From contig NMRA01000474.1 of NCBI GenBank assembly GCA_002633005.1, forward strand, positions 124,001-188,000: 64,000 nucleotides of DNA, read 5' to 3'. The stretch comes from Phoronis australis. Lineage: Eukaryota > Animalia > Phoronida. Within the stretch, counting starts at the first letter, position 1. The number at the start of each line of letters is the position of its first letter. The notes below the pieces were generated by a model. The model was not told the DNA's origin and did not search any database. It was given only the letters and a program-made list of their open reading frames with translations. Shown here one piece after another: positions 30,235 through 42,200 of the stretch. The translations under genes and the position numbers were made by a program.

Positions 30235-33200
30235 CTATGTTCGGGTGGAAATAGGTTGTGTTGAGTTTGGCGTAGACTGCCCACTGCTTTCTGGAGTGGG
30301 CGTGTCTCGAGGAAGTCTCGATGGCTTACGATTGGCTGGGGGTGGTGCTATAATAAAAAGAATCGAAACGTAAGACAGTCGGGAAAACACAGGTGACCAC
30401 GTAGAACTTATACAAATTGTTAACGAGTTGAAGTACAGTACAAGACAAAAGTAATCAAACAAAATACCATTTCCTTGTCATGGTGGCCAGTTTATAAGCA
30501 GAAAAACTTTAATTACAGAATAGCATAAGCACCTTACTAACTTCGCTACTCGAACAATGAACTTTACTTTCATCCAGCCTTCATGACCTGGAATTTCGGA
30601 TCCATTTTGTCCCAGAATTTGTTTTAATATTTTTTCTTTTGTATCAAATTGGTTGCCTCAAAATCTTCATACTTAGGCCTTTTTTACCTGTTCTCGAGTG
30701 AATGAACCACATAGCACCCATAAGGAGGATGCCGATGACAAACGATGCGAATGCTATGGCGACCACAGGCACCGTGCCGAGGCCATTGACAATAGTGACC
30801 TTGTCACAGGGCTTGACCTCTGAATAAGTAGGCGGATCCTTTGAGCCACGAACTTTGTTGGCCTTTGTGGGACCTGCGGACTTGGGGGACAGTGGCCTGT
30901 TCAAACTAAAGGGGTTGTCTGCAAGAACAAAGCAAGTGACTGGAATGAAAAGAACAGTCACAAGTTTTCAAAAAAGTTGACAAAAATCTGCTAATCAAAA
31001 AACCAACCAGCCTCATGACAATTTTTGGTCAATTCTTTTACGATCGAAAGTACTTTGTTTTTTCCGATTTCCTTCCACAACAATGACGAAGTTCGAGAAA
31101 ACTAAAAAAAATCATTTGAAAACAACACTCAAACACATTTCTAAGTAGACTGCTTCCACTGTGAAATTTTAAAATGGCACAGCTAGTTTTGAAACGAGTC
31201 TCTTGCTAGAAAAAAACTTGAAATCTGCTTTCGACTAACTCACAGGGGGAGACGTTTCTGTCTTGCACCAGTTCAAAATGCGCGATACAAACTTACACGT
31301 GATACAGTTCAAACTGGAATACAATTTTGCAACAATGGCACTCCTTCATTGAATTTCAGCACATTTTAAAGCGGGCTCGCCCTTCAAAAATTTGGCTGCT
31401 TCACTGCAATATCAAGTACAGCTGAATGTTAAAACTGACGCTATCGTGGCAAGAAAATTCCAAAACCCCGATCCGAAAGGTCTAATAAGCCCAATTCTTG
31501 GTTTGATGTCAAACTTTAACAGCACGTAAGGGAAGACCATCTTAACCCTAACTGAAAAAGAGAGCATCTTACTTCTGATGTCCTGGGGGTGTGAAATGCC
31601 GGTGCCACTGCTAGGTTGGGTTCTGTTGACGACGACAAACGGCCCCGAGTGCCCAATGGTGGCGCGCTCATCACTGAGCAGTGGCTTCCTGCCGTTACTA
31701 TACTGGTATACACAATAATCGCTCTTCGACATGCACTAGGGAAAGGAACAAGGCAATCAATTTCCCAGCTGCTTCAAGGATGTTTGGATATAAATTAAAA
31801 TCAAGTTTCTTCCCCTCAACCAACTGTCCAGTAATATACGCAAGCACCCAAATAAAAAACGATTAATTTTTAATACCAGAAAATACTTTTTTCACTTAAA
31901 AATTGAATCAGTATATTTGCAATAAGGAAGATAGCCCCAATAAAGAATTAATTTTTAAAAAAGCATTTCATCAAACAATCCACCCATCTCAGTGGAGTGA
32001 GAGCGCAGTGATGGGTAACAATCATTGATTTAAGTACAGCCTTATTACCACTTCATTTTTAAAGGTGCTGTGTCCGAGCTCGGAAAATAAGGCCACTAAA
32101 ATTAAAATTAAACCAAATTTTTGCATGTTATACATTGAAAGGAATCATGATCATTTGTCTGGGTGCAAAAAATGCATGTCTGCGTTCTCTAACAATAACT
32201 ATGAGGTCAGATTTCTTCGGGGACTCCAATTAATTTTTTTAAGCAAACACGGCTCTGAAGATATGTTGTACCCAGATCAAAGAGCAGGATTCGTTTCGAT
32301 GTATGAAGTAATGCTTTAATCTGAATTTTGGCCGTCTCATTCGCTGAAATCGAATCTAGGAACCTAATGCCAGAATTGTAAACAGCAAATTGTAGACACA
32401 AAAATTTTACCGTGATACAAAGGTAAAACAACAAGGAAACATGTTTTACCCACCGTGATCCAGTCTTTAAAGAATTGACCTTATGAAATGTGTTCAGTTG
32501 GTCTTACATCACATTATCTTGAAACATCCTTAAATTCTATCAGTGTTTACCTCATTGATACTGCCAAATAAACAGTGGTAGTTTCGCCACACAACAGAGA
32601 AAACAACCACAATTAAGGACTTTTCAAGGTCATTATGCAAGATTCAAAGATTTTTCGAGGTTCCTGCATAAAAATTCGAGGACTTTCCAAGGTCATAATA
32701 CGTACCTAAAATACTTCCAGTTTGAGTACTTTCCGAAGCTTGCAGGAAATGTGGGCAACTGTGACAAACATTTATTTAGACTTTGCTAAAATTCATTATC
32801 CGCATTCGCAGCATGCTGTGGTGAGTCTTGCCCCTTGTCTCGATAAAAAGCCCAAGGTCTCACCAGACACAAAATGCCAGCAGGAAAAATGGACATTATC
32901 AAAACAGCTTAAGGCAGCTTAGCTACCTACCTGTGGCCCGCAGGGCACCACCTGACAGTAGAGGTAAATGAGACCAGAGAACACGCGAGAGGTCGTGAAG
33001 CTGAACGTTGACTTAGGCCCCCCCTCAGGTCCGATCCAAGAAATGGTGGAGACTGTGGCGCACCTGAGACGAACAGACAGACAACACACATTGCGACTTT
33101 GTAGCTGATAGGAGATTGCAAAACACGTAAAACACGTCTTGAGAATCAGCGCAGAATATGGTAACACATGTTTTGAGACTCAGCACGGAATATGGTAAAA

Positions 33201-36200
33201 CACGTCTTGAGACTCAGCACAGAATATGGTAAAACACGTCTTGAGACTCAGCACAGAATATGGTAAAACACGTCTTGAGACTCAGCACCGAATATGGAAA
33301 AACTAATCTTGAGACTCTGCACAGAATATGATAAAACGTCTTGTGAATCGACACCGACTATGGTAAAACGTCTTGAGAATCGACACCGACTATGGTAAAA
33401 CCTCACCAATTTCTTGGCAAAAATAATAATCGCCAAAATTGATCTTTTTCCATCTTTAAGACTGCTGTAATTGCTGCAAATGCCCTCAATTTTTCAAAAC
33501 ATTGTCCATATAAAAACGGGGAACACAAAAGTTCAAAATGGGCGTACTATCACAAACAACAACCTACCCATTACGAATGACATATTTGCGGCGTGTACCA
33601 CTGGTTGACTTAGTTTCTCTGTCATCAAACCAGCAGCTGTGCACCTGCGTATTGAGGAGCTCACCTGTAATAAGAATGAACTGAACGTTCAATTATTCAA
33701 TGAACACTGCTGTGTTATACATGGCACTTCACTCTTACATGAAATTGGTTTGTTAAATCACAAAATAAACATTACAAAGTATTAAAGGAGAATGCCACCC
33801 AAAAAACAACCTATTTTGTATCAATTTAGATCAAGTAGTTCTACTCAATAACGTCACACTCGGTTGCGTTACCTGACACTTGACGACAGACGGAGGTCTT
33901 GAAATTATGCAATGACGTCATTGGTTTCACACGCAGTCTGTTCAGCAGTACACAACACGGGTAACTGGTGTCAGCTTATCAATTGAATTCATCGTTTAAC
34001 GTCAATAAATCATCAAACTTCGATGTAAAACCCTTAAAAATACACCGAGTTCTTATAAAAATGTCTCGTTATATTCCGCTGTTATGGATTTATTGGTATT
34101 TGGACACACCGTAACCTACAAAGTTTGGCAGGGCAATTTACCAAGGTCCGTAGCAGAAGTTTGGGACTGTTCGGAGATAAATTCAAAGTATTCTTCCATG
34201 AAATACAGACAGGAAAATCTAGATCTGTGTTGTTTAGACTTGTGATTTTTTGAGTTCTAAATACACAAAATGCTTGTTTTCCCAGTCAGTGGCTCGGAAC
34301 CCGATCAGGCCCGTCGCGGCCGGACTAACTCGTTATCCCCGCCAGTGTCTCGGAACCCAATCAAGCCTGTCACACCTGGACTGAAGACATCACGAACGTA
34401 AACCAGCCAAAGTTGGAAACTAAACTTCTAGTCAAGAAAATATTATACTAGTGAGCCAAAGAAGTAATGTGCTCGTGATTATGTTGGTGAATTAGCCACG
34501 AAACTGCAAATCTCCTTAATCGTCGGGGGCCGCTAATTCAGGTTCCCCTTTGGCCACAGAACCGTCACGGCAGAAGTTGTACATTGAAAATCATTTGAAT
34601 AACGTATATGTAAATAAAGATTCCCCTAACACCTGGCCGTGGGATAGAAAATCGAGTTATTGTTTCACTACAGTTTCTGTCAGCAAACATTGAATGCGCT
34701 CACACAGCCTTGGTGTCCGGTCAGTTAGTTTCCATTATTGCATCTAAAGCCGGTAACGCAGTGATTTATTCATTGCTGGCTTCTCAAATCATTTGCACTC
34801 ACGAACACTCCAAAGGCATTACAAATTGTATATAATGAGGTAGACTTGGTTTCAGTTTTATAAAAGTATTGGTTAGGGCGAGAGTAATTCATTTTGAAAA
34901 CAGAACGCTCAATAATAAACATCAACACGGTAACTCTCAATTCCAACTTGGAGGAGTACTCATCTGACGAAGACTTCCCAGGTAGGTTTCTCAGGATATC
35001 AGTTCGAACCAGAATACAGTAATCAAGAAATATCAGAGAGGCGTCGTAAATGTGCAGACAATGGAGCATATGGATAGTTCCGAAAACCGTCTCAATGACT
35101 TGTCATGGTGTCAGTGCGCTAACTGCACCATAATGAAAACGACTGACGCTTACGTTTGTCGCCACGAAATTCAACATGTGAAACGCCTTCTTGGATAAGC
35201 AAGCCGAGATTCGCCAGTGAAATCACTGTCCACGAAATGCCAGCCACAGACACGGAGATGTTTCATGGCCGCGTACTTTGTACAAACGCCGTACTTTTCA
35301 TTTTTTAATGCCGTGAGCCACTTTTGAAGCATTTAAGGCTCCCAGCTTCATAGTTTACACAAGCAGGAACGACGGACACACCACACCATGGCGGCACTCA
35401 CTCTGCTGATGAACCACTGATGTCGCTGCAGAGTTTCTCACCTTCCTCACAGGTTAACGCGACACCTCTTGGAAAGGTAAGGTCGACAGAGTACGAGCCA
35501 ATGTGGCTACAGACCGATTAAGACGGTAAAAAAGACTAATTAAATCGGGTGGAATTGTCCTTTAATAGTCACTTACGAAGGACCTCCATTTTGAGAATCA
35601 GATTAAAGTGACTATTGCCCATTCACCACTGCTGGTTATGTTTACTACATGTATTCTAACTGAGCGATTCTCTCCTCTCCCGCACCCCTCACCGCTCTCC
35701 TTCATCCCCCTTGTTACTAGTGCCTGACTACCACAGCTGTTGTTAATATTTACATGCTGTTGTCGTTGTTGTTGTAGATGCTGTTGTGTTCATAGCTGTA
35801 ATCAGTGTTGTTCTTTTCCATGTTTACTCGTTATCAATGCTGCTGTGGTTACAGTTGTTATTGTTTCTCCTATTGCTGTTGTAATAACTTAATGTTGTTA
35901 ATGACACTGTAGTCTATGTAAATTATTTGATATTCAGGCTGTTGTTATTGCTCTAAATTTGGATGTGGTTCTCGCTGCAATCAATGCTGCTCTTTATCAA
36001 TGCTGTTGCCATCGTTATTTATGATGTAACATGTGGTACCAATGATACTGTTGTTGTTAATGCTATTGTTGTTGTTGCTATTGTTGTTGTTACTGTTGCT
36101 GTTGTTGCTGCTACTATTGCTATTGTTGATGTTGCTGTTGTTGCTATTGTTGTTGTTGATGTTGCTGTTGTTGCTGCTACTATTGCTCTTGTTGATGTTG

Positions 36201-39200
36201 CTGTTGTTGTTGTTGTTGCTATTGTTGTTGTTGCTATTGTTGTTGTTGCTATTGTTGTTGTTGCTATTGTTGTTGTTGCTATTGTTGTTGTTGCTGCTAC
36301 TGTTGCTATTGTTGATGTTGCTGTTGTTGTTCTGAATGCAGTGGTAGAGTATGCTGTCACCTGTGCTGACATTGCTGTCTTAATGCCGTTGTTGCTTACA
36401 GCGTCCCCCATCTCCACTAAAGCCAACACATACCCGTGAGTCGATCTTTGAGTCCGACCGTTGCGTACAAGATGGAGCCCTCGGCGACTTCTGGCGGATA
36501 TCTCCTTATAGGGTAGAGCGTCTCTACACGTGACAGGTTGATTTCAGCCAGCACAGCCTGGACAGAATGCTGTCAACATAAGTTAAATACAGAGTGAATG
36601 CTGCTTTGAACTGAATAGACATGGACAGAACTGAACAAATCTTATAACTACCTGACACCCCTCTGCTTAGGCTAAACCATTTCAACACATTCTTGTCGTC
36701 TGCTCTAAGCACCATAGCAAAGGGTTAGATTTGATCTATGATGAGGATGCAGACAGTGGGGCTTGGAATTGCAGAGAACAGATTAATGTTTAATGACAAG
36801 TCACAATTTGTCGAATCTCAAAATCTTCAAAATATCACAGGGAAGTCTCAGTTGTCACAGCTTTTTGGTGCTTTTTTACAGTCATGTATAAGTTACATCA
36901 TCTTTGCAAATCACGATATTAGTCAAAGATAACGGTGAATTCCTTAATTTTACAATTTCTCAAAAACGAAACCACTACTTGACGCTGAAAAAACAATTGT
37001 AAAACCAACAAAACACAAACGGTCATCTAATAATTCTCAAATTGTCACAAAATTTCAGGCAAACATGTAAAGTCGCAGAATGTCACCATGACACAGAGAA
37101 TCCATTCTATGTTATAAATTTCCAATTCTAACACACGCAGCCGACTTAAAAGAAGAAAACGCTGCTTTGCACGATATGAAGTGAACTTTCACTACCGTGC
37201 AGCCAACTCGCATGACTGGAGAGCATCTGCATTTTATGATTAATGTTACATTTCTCCCACTGGAAATATACTTTGTTGATACCACTGAAGTTACATGACA
37301 CATTCACAAAGAAACAATGACTAGTCACATTAGACTTCAGAGTTCTGCTGCCACCTACTGGCAAATGGAGATACTTCAAATTCATAGTGAGTGTCAAAGA
37401 GACAGACGTTTGACATCTTTAAAAAATATTTTGATATAAAAACATTCAAGAATTTATTCTCTATTATTGCTTATCACACACGTCATGACAGTTTCATGAA
37501 AAATTCAAACATTAAAATTCTATCACAGAATCTGTCGACTATAATTAATCTTAACGGCATGCCCATTTTAAGACAGCTTATACCAAAAATGAAAGTTACT
37601 TGAAAACGAATAAATCGTCACTAGAGCACTACCTGCTCTTTTTCAGTTTCCTCTTCCTTCACAGCGACCCCTGGTGTCAGGTACGAACAATGAAAAGTGA
37701 CCGAGATTGTTCTCTCTGCCGTGTTGTAGTCTTCGTCATCAGACAGAAGGCTGCCGACCCCTGACCCCTCATCCTCAGCAACCGGTGCAGGGCGACCACC
37801 AGATGAATAGCGTATGAAAACCTTGAACAAAACATTACAAAACGATCACCAAACTGGTAATAAAAGGAGAAAAGTAAATACAACCTTCATACGCCACCTG
37901 GTTTAAAGGACTGGATAGTAACTGCAGTTAAAGGACTGGATAGTAACTGCAGTTAAGGGACTGGAGAGTAACTGCAATTAAGGGACTGGATAGTAACTGC
38001 AGTTAAAGGACTGGATAGTTACTGCAGTTAAAGGACTGGATAGTAACTGCAGTTAAAGGACTGGATAGTAACTGCAGTTAAAGGACTGGATAGTAACTGC
38101 AGTTAAAGGACTGGATAGTAACTGCAGTTAAAGGACTGGATAGTAACTGCAGTTAAAGGCAGGGCTCAACACTAACGGTTGCCCGATTGCCCGTGTACAT
38201 GTAGATTTTGCGTCGGGCAAGTGGAATTTGAAAAGTACTTGCCCGATGGGCAAGTTAAAAAGCTAGCCGCATAGACAAGTAGATCCTAAGATTGTCTGCT
38301 CGACATTTGCTCCAAAGTAACGAACCCCGACACAAGCCTAAAAACCGTCGAAAAAGTCCCTGTTGCCGTCAAAGAAACTCCCGTCTTCGAATGAGGACCG
38401 AAAGGAAAATAGATCGAGTGTTATGCAGCGTGCACAGATGACACTCGCGGTCATATCCTTTCGATTCTCTGAACGTGCCCTGCAGTTTCTGAATAAGTTG
38501 TCACGTGATACTACTGATCGTCTGCACTCTGGCAAAACGTCTTAACATGGAAGCCGTCCAGGCCTGGACGGCATTGGTTTAGTTGCTAAAAAACAAGTTC
38601 AGGAAGAATCAAAGCAATAATATGAAACGAAAAAAGTGCGGGGATGGGTTCCGTCATGGGAAATTAGGTTTTCTGGCCTGCGAGACAGTGAACAATGGAC
38701 GACGTTTGATTTTTGCCGGCGTTTACCCATGTACAGCTGGAAGCACCGCGTTCGTCAGCGGATGTAAGTCATACAGATAAGCGCAAAAGCTAAAAAGTGA
38801 AGGATTGACGACATATTTTCTACACTACACAGCAGTTTAAAAGGCCTGGTATTTATTCAGGGGGAATTCCAAAGGACATTCTTATGAATTCCCGGCTCCC
38901 GGTGGCGACTCCCGAAAGAAGAGGAATACGATACGGTCTTCGGGATTGCCGTTCTGAAGTCTGAAGGGTGACTTTTTCGCGGTCTATCTGTTTTTCAAAA
39001 ATGTAATTATTTATTGAAAATAAAAGTATATGTGGCATTATTATATGTTTAAATTTGATTTTAATTTAATACAAGGTACCGACGACCAAAACTGTGCAAG
39101 ATTTTTACGGATAGCAAAAATTGAAATTCAGGTTAGCAACAACTCAAGTTTAATGCATAAGGGCGTATAAACTAATGAATACGCAGAAGTGTCGAGAGTT

Positions 39201-42200
39201 CATGCCCTAGCTCATTTCGGGGCCTGTGAATGTGTGACAATGGTTCAGATACCATAGTTACTCTTCTAATTTGTCTCTCTAGTGTTTTGACACACCTTAT
39301 AAATAAATGTTCTATAAGAAGAATCGTTAAAAAAATAGTAACTCATGTATGTAGCGTGCACAACACAAGAGGAGGCTCAGCACAGGCAGCCCTACGGTAA
39401 CACATTACCTAGGTGTGCACATGCGCGATGCTATTTGGGATTGTACTTGGGGCAAGTGAATTCGTTGTTCGGGCAAGTAAAAATTTCAACTACTTGCCCG
39501 AAGGGCAAGTGGCTTCAAAAGTTAATGTTGAGCCCTGGTTAAAGGACTGGATAGTAACTGCAGTTCTTTTCAACTACCACTGCATGAGACACACATTCGT
39601 TGAAAGTTACCTCCCAACGATGGACAGTTATCATTTCGGTCGCACTGGCAGGAGTAATGCAGGTTAAGTGAACATTTTATAACAGGGTAATATGAAAAAC
39701 CAATACTCGTCGTTATTTTTTTCTTCATTTTTAATTACTTAATTCTACTAAGAGCATCGAGAGCTTTAAGATGGTGTTCAAGAATGACGACTACAAAAAC
39801 TGGTTGAAATAGTTGCCCAAAACAAGCAGCAAAGAAAATGGTTAAATCAAACAACGTCCACCAGGTGGAGCAACAGTAGTAAAACTGAAGCTGCCTTTAG
39901 GGAATTGTCAAAAAATTGACAGGTGCCATTCTCTCATTAATTTGTTTGCTAAATTACGATGTCCACTTCTCCCTACCCTGGTGCTACGCCCCTCATTTTA
40001 AACCACTCCACCATCACCTTATAATATACAAATAGACTACGTTCTTCATGACTATCACATCCTGATCTCCCATTCTCAGCTCTCATATCACCACTGGGTC
40101 CTTTAACATATACTCAATGACCTGACCTTTTGTTATTCTCTAACCCTTGTGTCCGCATTTACCCCCCCCCTCTCTCGCCCCCACCCCTTACCTTTTACAG
40201 ACCATACCCATTATTCTTATGGTGCCTCTCACGTCCCATTTCCCCACTCTCACTCTTCATCTTGTGATCATAGGGCATGCCAGTTTCAGGCCACATCCCC
40301 CCCTCCTTAACACTCAAACCCCTCACCTTGTTCTCATAGGTCATGCCATTAGTCACCCTCTCGCCTCTCGTGCCACATCCATCCAATGTAGTTTCTAAGA
40401 TGAAGTGCGTATTATTTTCCCTCGCCTGGCACATGCGGTCCTGAAGAGTCAGCTGGTGTTTCTTAACACCCTACAAATAAAAAACACATGGTCAGGCTCA
40501 AAAGGGGATTCAACACGCTCCTCTTTAATTACAAAGAAAAACTAGATATTAGTTAAAACACGCACGTTCTATCCACTCAGCAATATATAGTGACGAGGAA
40601 CAATTTTGTTAACACAAAAGAATGAAATATCTGCCAAAATTGACTTATTCAGCGGGGGTTATATATAGCCCATTTCACAAATCTTCGAATGTTAACAAAT
40701 GTTCGAAATGTCAAAGTGCGTTTGTTGTTGACAGCTGTACTGAATAAAGTTTTCAAATACACAAGTAAAATCGTCTTCTTGTTTAATCTTGTGGAAGACT
40801 TTGATGAAATAAAAATTTACCGCTGCGCCACATTGCGATCTAATTTGAAGAAACTTTACCTAATTCTCCATTCCCACATCGCAATATTACGTAGGGAAAT
40901 TATTTGCAGACCAGTTATTGTCTACTGTCATTTTTTAAAAGCATTAAGGGACAGATGCTGGCTCGTAAAGATCCAATGACATCACAGGTAACTTGTGGTC
41001 ATGGTAGTGATGGGATGGCGTGTGCCTTGAGAATCTTTCGCGTGTAAAGATTTGCTAATCTACGTATTTAATGCACTCGGGTGACAAGCGTTGCTTTCCT
41101 GAAATATAGTCTACAGTGGCGGATTTAGGGGTGGGGACAATATTCTCCCAGATTCACTTTGGCAGTTCAGTGGTGCGAATGTCTGATGAGCAAAATTCTG
41201 GCTAATACTCTGCCCTGGCTCCGCCTAACTCAAAATCCTGGATCCACTCCTGGCTTAGTTATCTACGATGTAACTTGATGTTTACCAGCCAATAACCATC
41301 CCACATTGGATGTAAAAAAATGACAACAACGCTGTAGACGAAATCCCCTGAATTCCAACTAAGTGTCAAAGACAGGGCTATCAATGGAATTTGTAGACTC
41401 AGTTTTGATAGGCTTACTTTGTGACGTCGCCTTTAAATAGCAAGCGAAAAGGAAATACAGCCCCAACAAACACTTGACATTTACCCTTAGCAGGTGTTTG
41501 CGTATGACGACACGCATGCCAGTATTGAGACAGGAAGTGTGCATGCCTCGCTCCAGGAATGACCTCTGTTGTTCTGACGCATACAATCTGGGTTGACGCA
41601 GTGATTTCGGGTAATTCAGTGGAGAACGCGAATCTGGAAATGTAACCGTGTTGATTGGCTTATCAAACACACTGTTATGCACTGGCAGGCCAATGAGAAA
41701 CACCTGTACAACAATTAGCTATAGAACTGTGCTCAGGTAATTAATCACCAAGTTTGTCTAATTAATATTGATATACAACACTCCTGTGGGTGACACATTC
41801 GCTAAGAAAGGTCAAGAAACATACCAAATCCTGGCAACTGCACATTGGCACAACTGTCTTCTCCAGTAATTCAGACCTGACTGGTCAGAATGCTTGACAA
41901 GAGCACCACCCTAAGCTGACAACACGCGAAACCCACTAATAGGGACACCTGAACAGTGTCCAGCAACTTACCAACAGGAGACAACACCAAGTTAATGTGA
42001 TTGGCCAAGGTTGCCAACACATAGGAGGCAGGGCGCCCGTACGAGCGCTCGATCTTGGCTATGAGCCTATTTTGAGATTTGTTGTAGTCCAGTTGACCTG
42101 TGGTCATCTCCCGGTCACCCTCCACTTGACCCTTGGCCTGCAAAAGAAAAGCCAGCCATACTGAATGGCATGTAGGTGATAAGCATACTAGTCAGTTCTA

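Noticed and set aside
36019-36429. Thr-rich mucin-like ORF on the TGFBR3 strand, plus poly-Leu and poly-Val ORFs on the plus strand
   Set aside because: These come from the trinucleotide microsatellite. The real exon (36557-36434) is in another frame and splices at GTATGT. Read-through hits TAG within a few codons, and no good acceptor enters the Thr-rich frame.
37902-38159. CRISPR-like appearance of the 25-, 34- and 43-bp arrays
   Set aside because: Units are contiguous with no unique spacers, no cas genes are present, and the context is a eukaryotic intron.
39611-39644. Short AG...GT-bounded candidate exon on the minus strand
   Set aside because: Exons 40470-40327 and 37821-37633 already join in phase and give a continuous ZP-N sequence (YENK|VFIRY); this 34-nt piece would break the frame.
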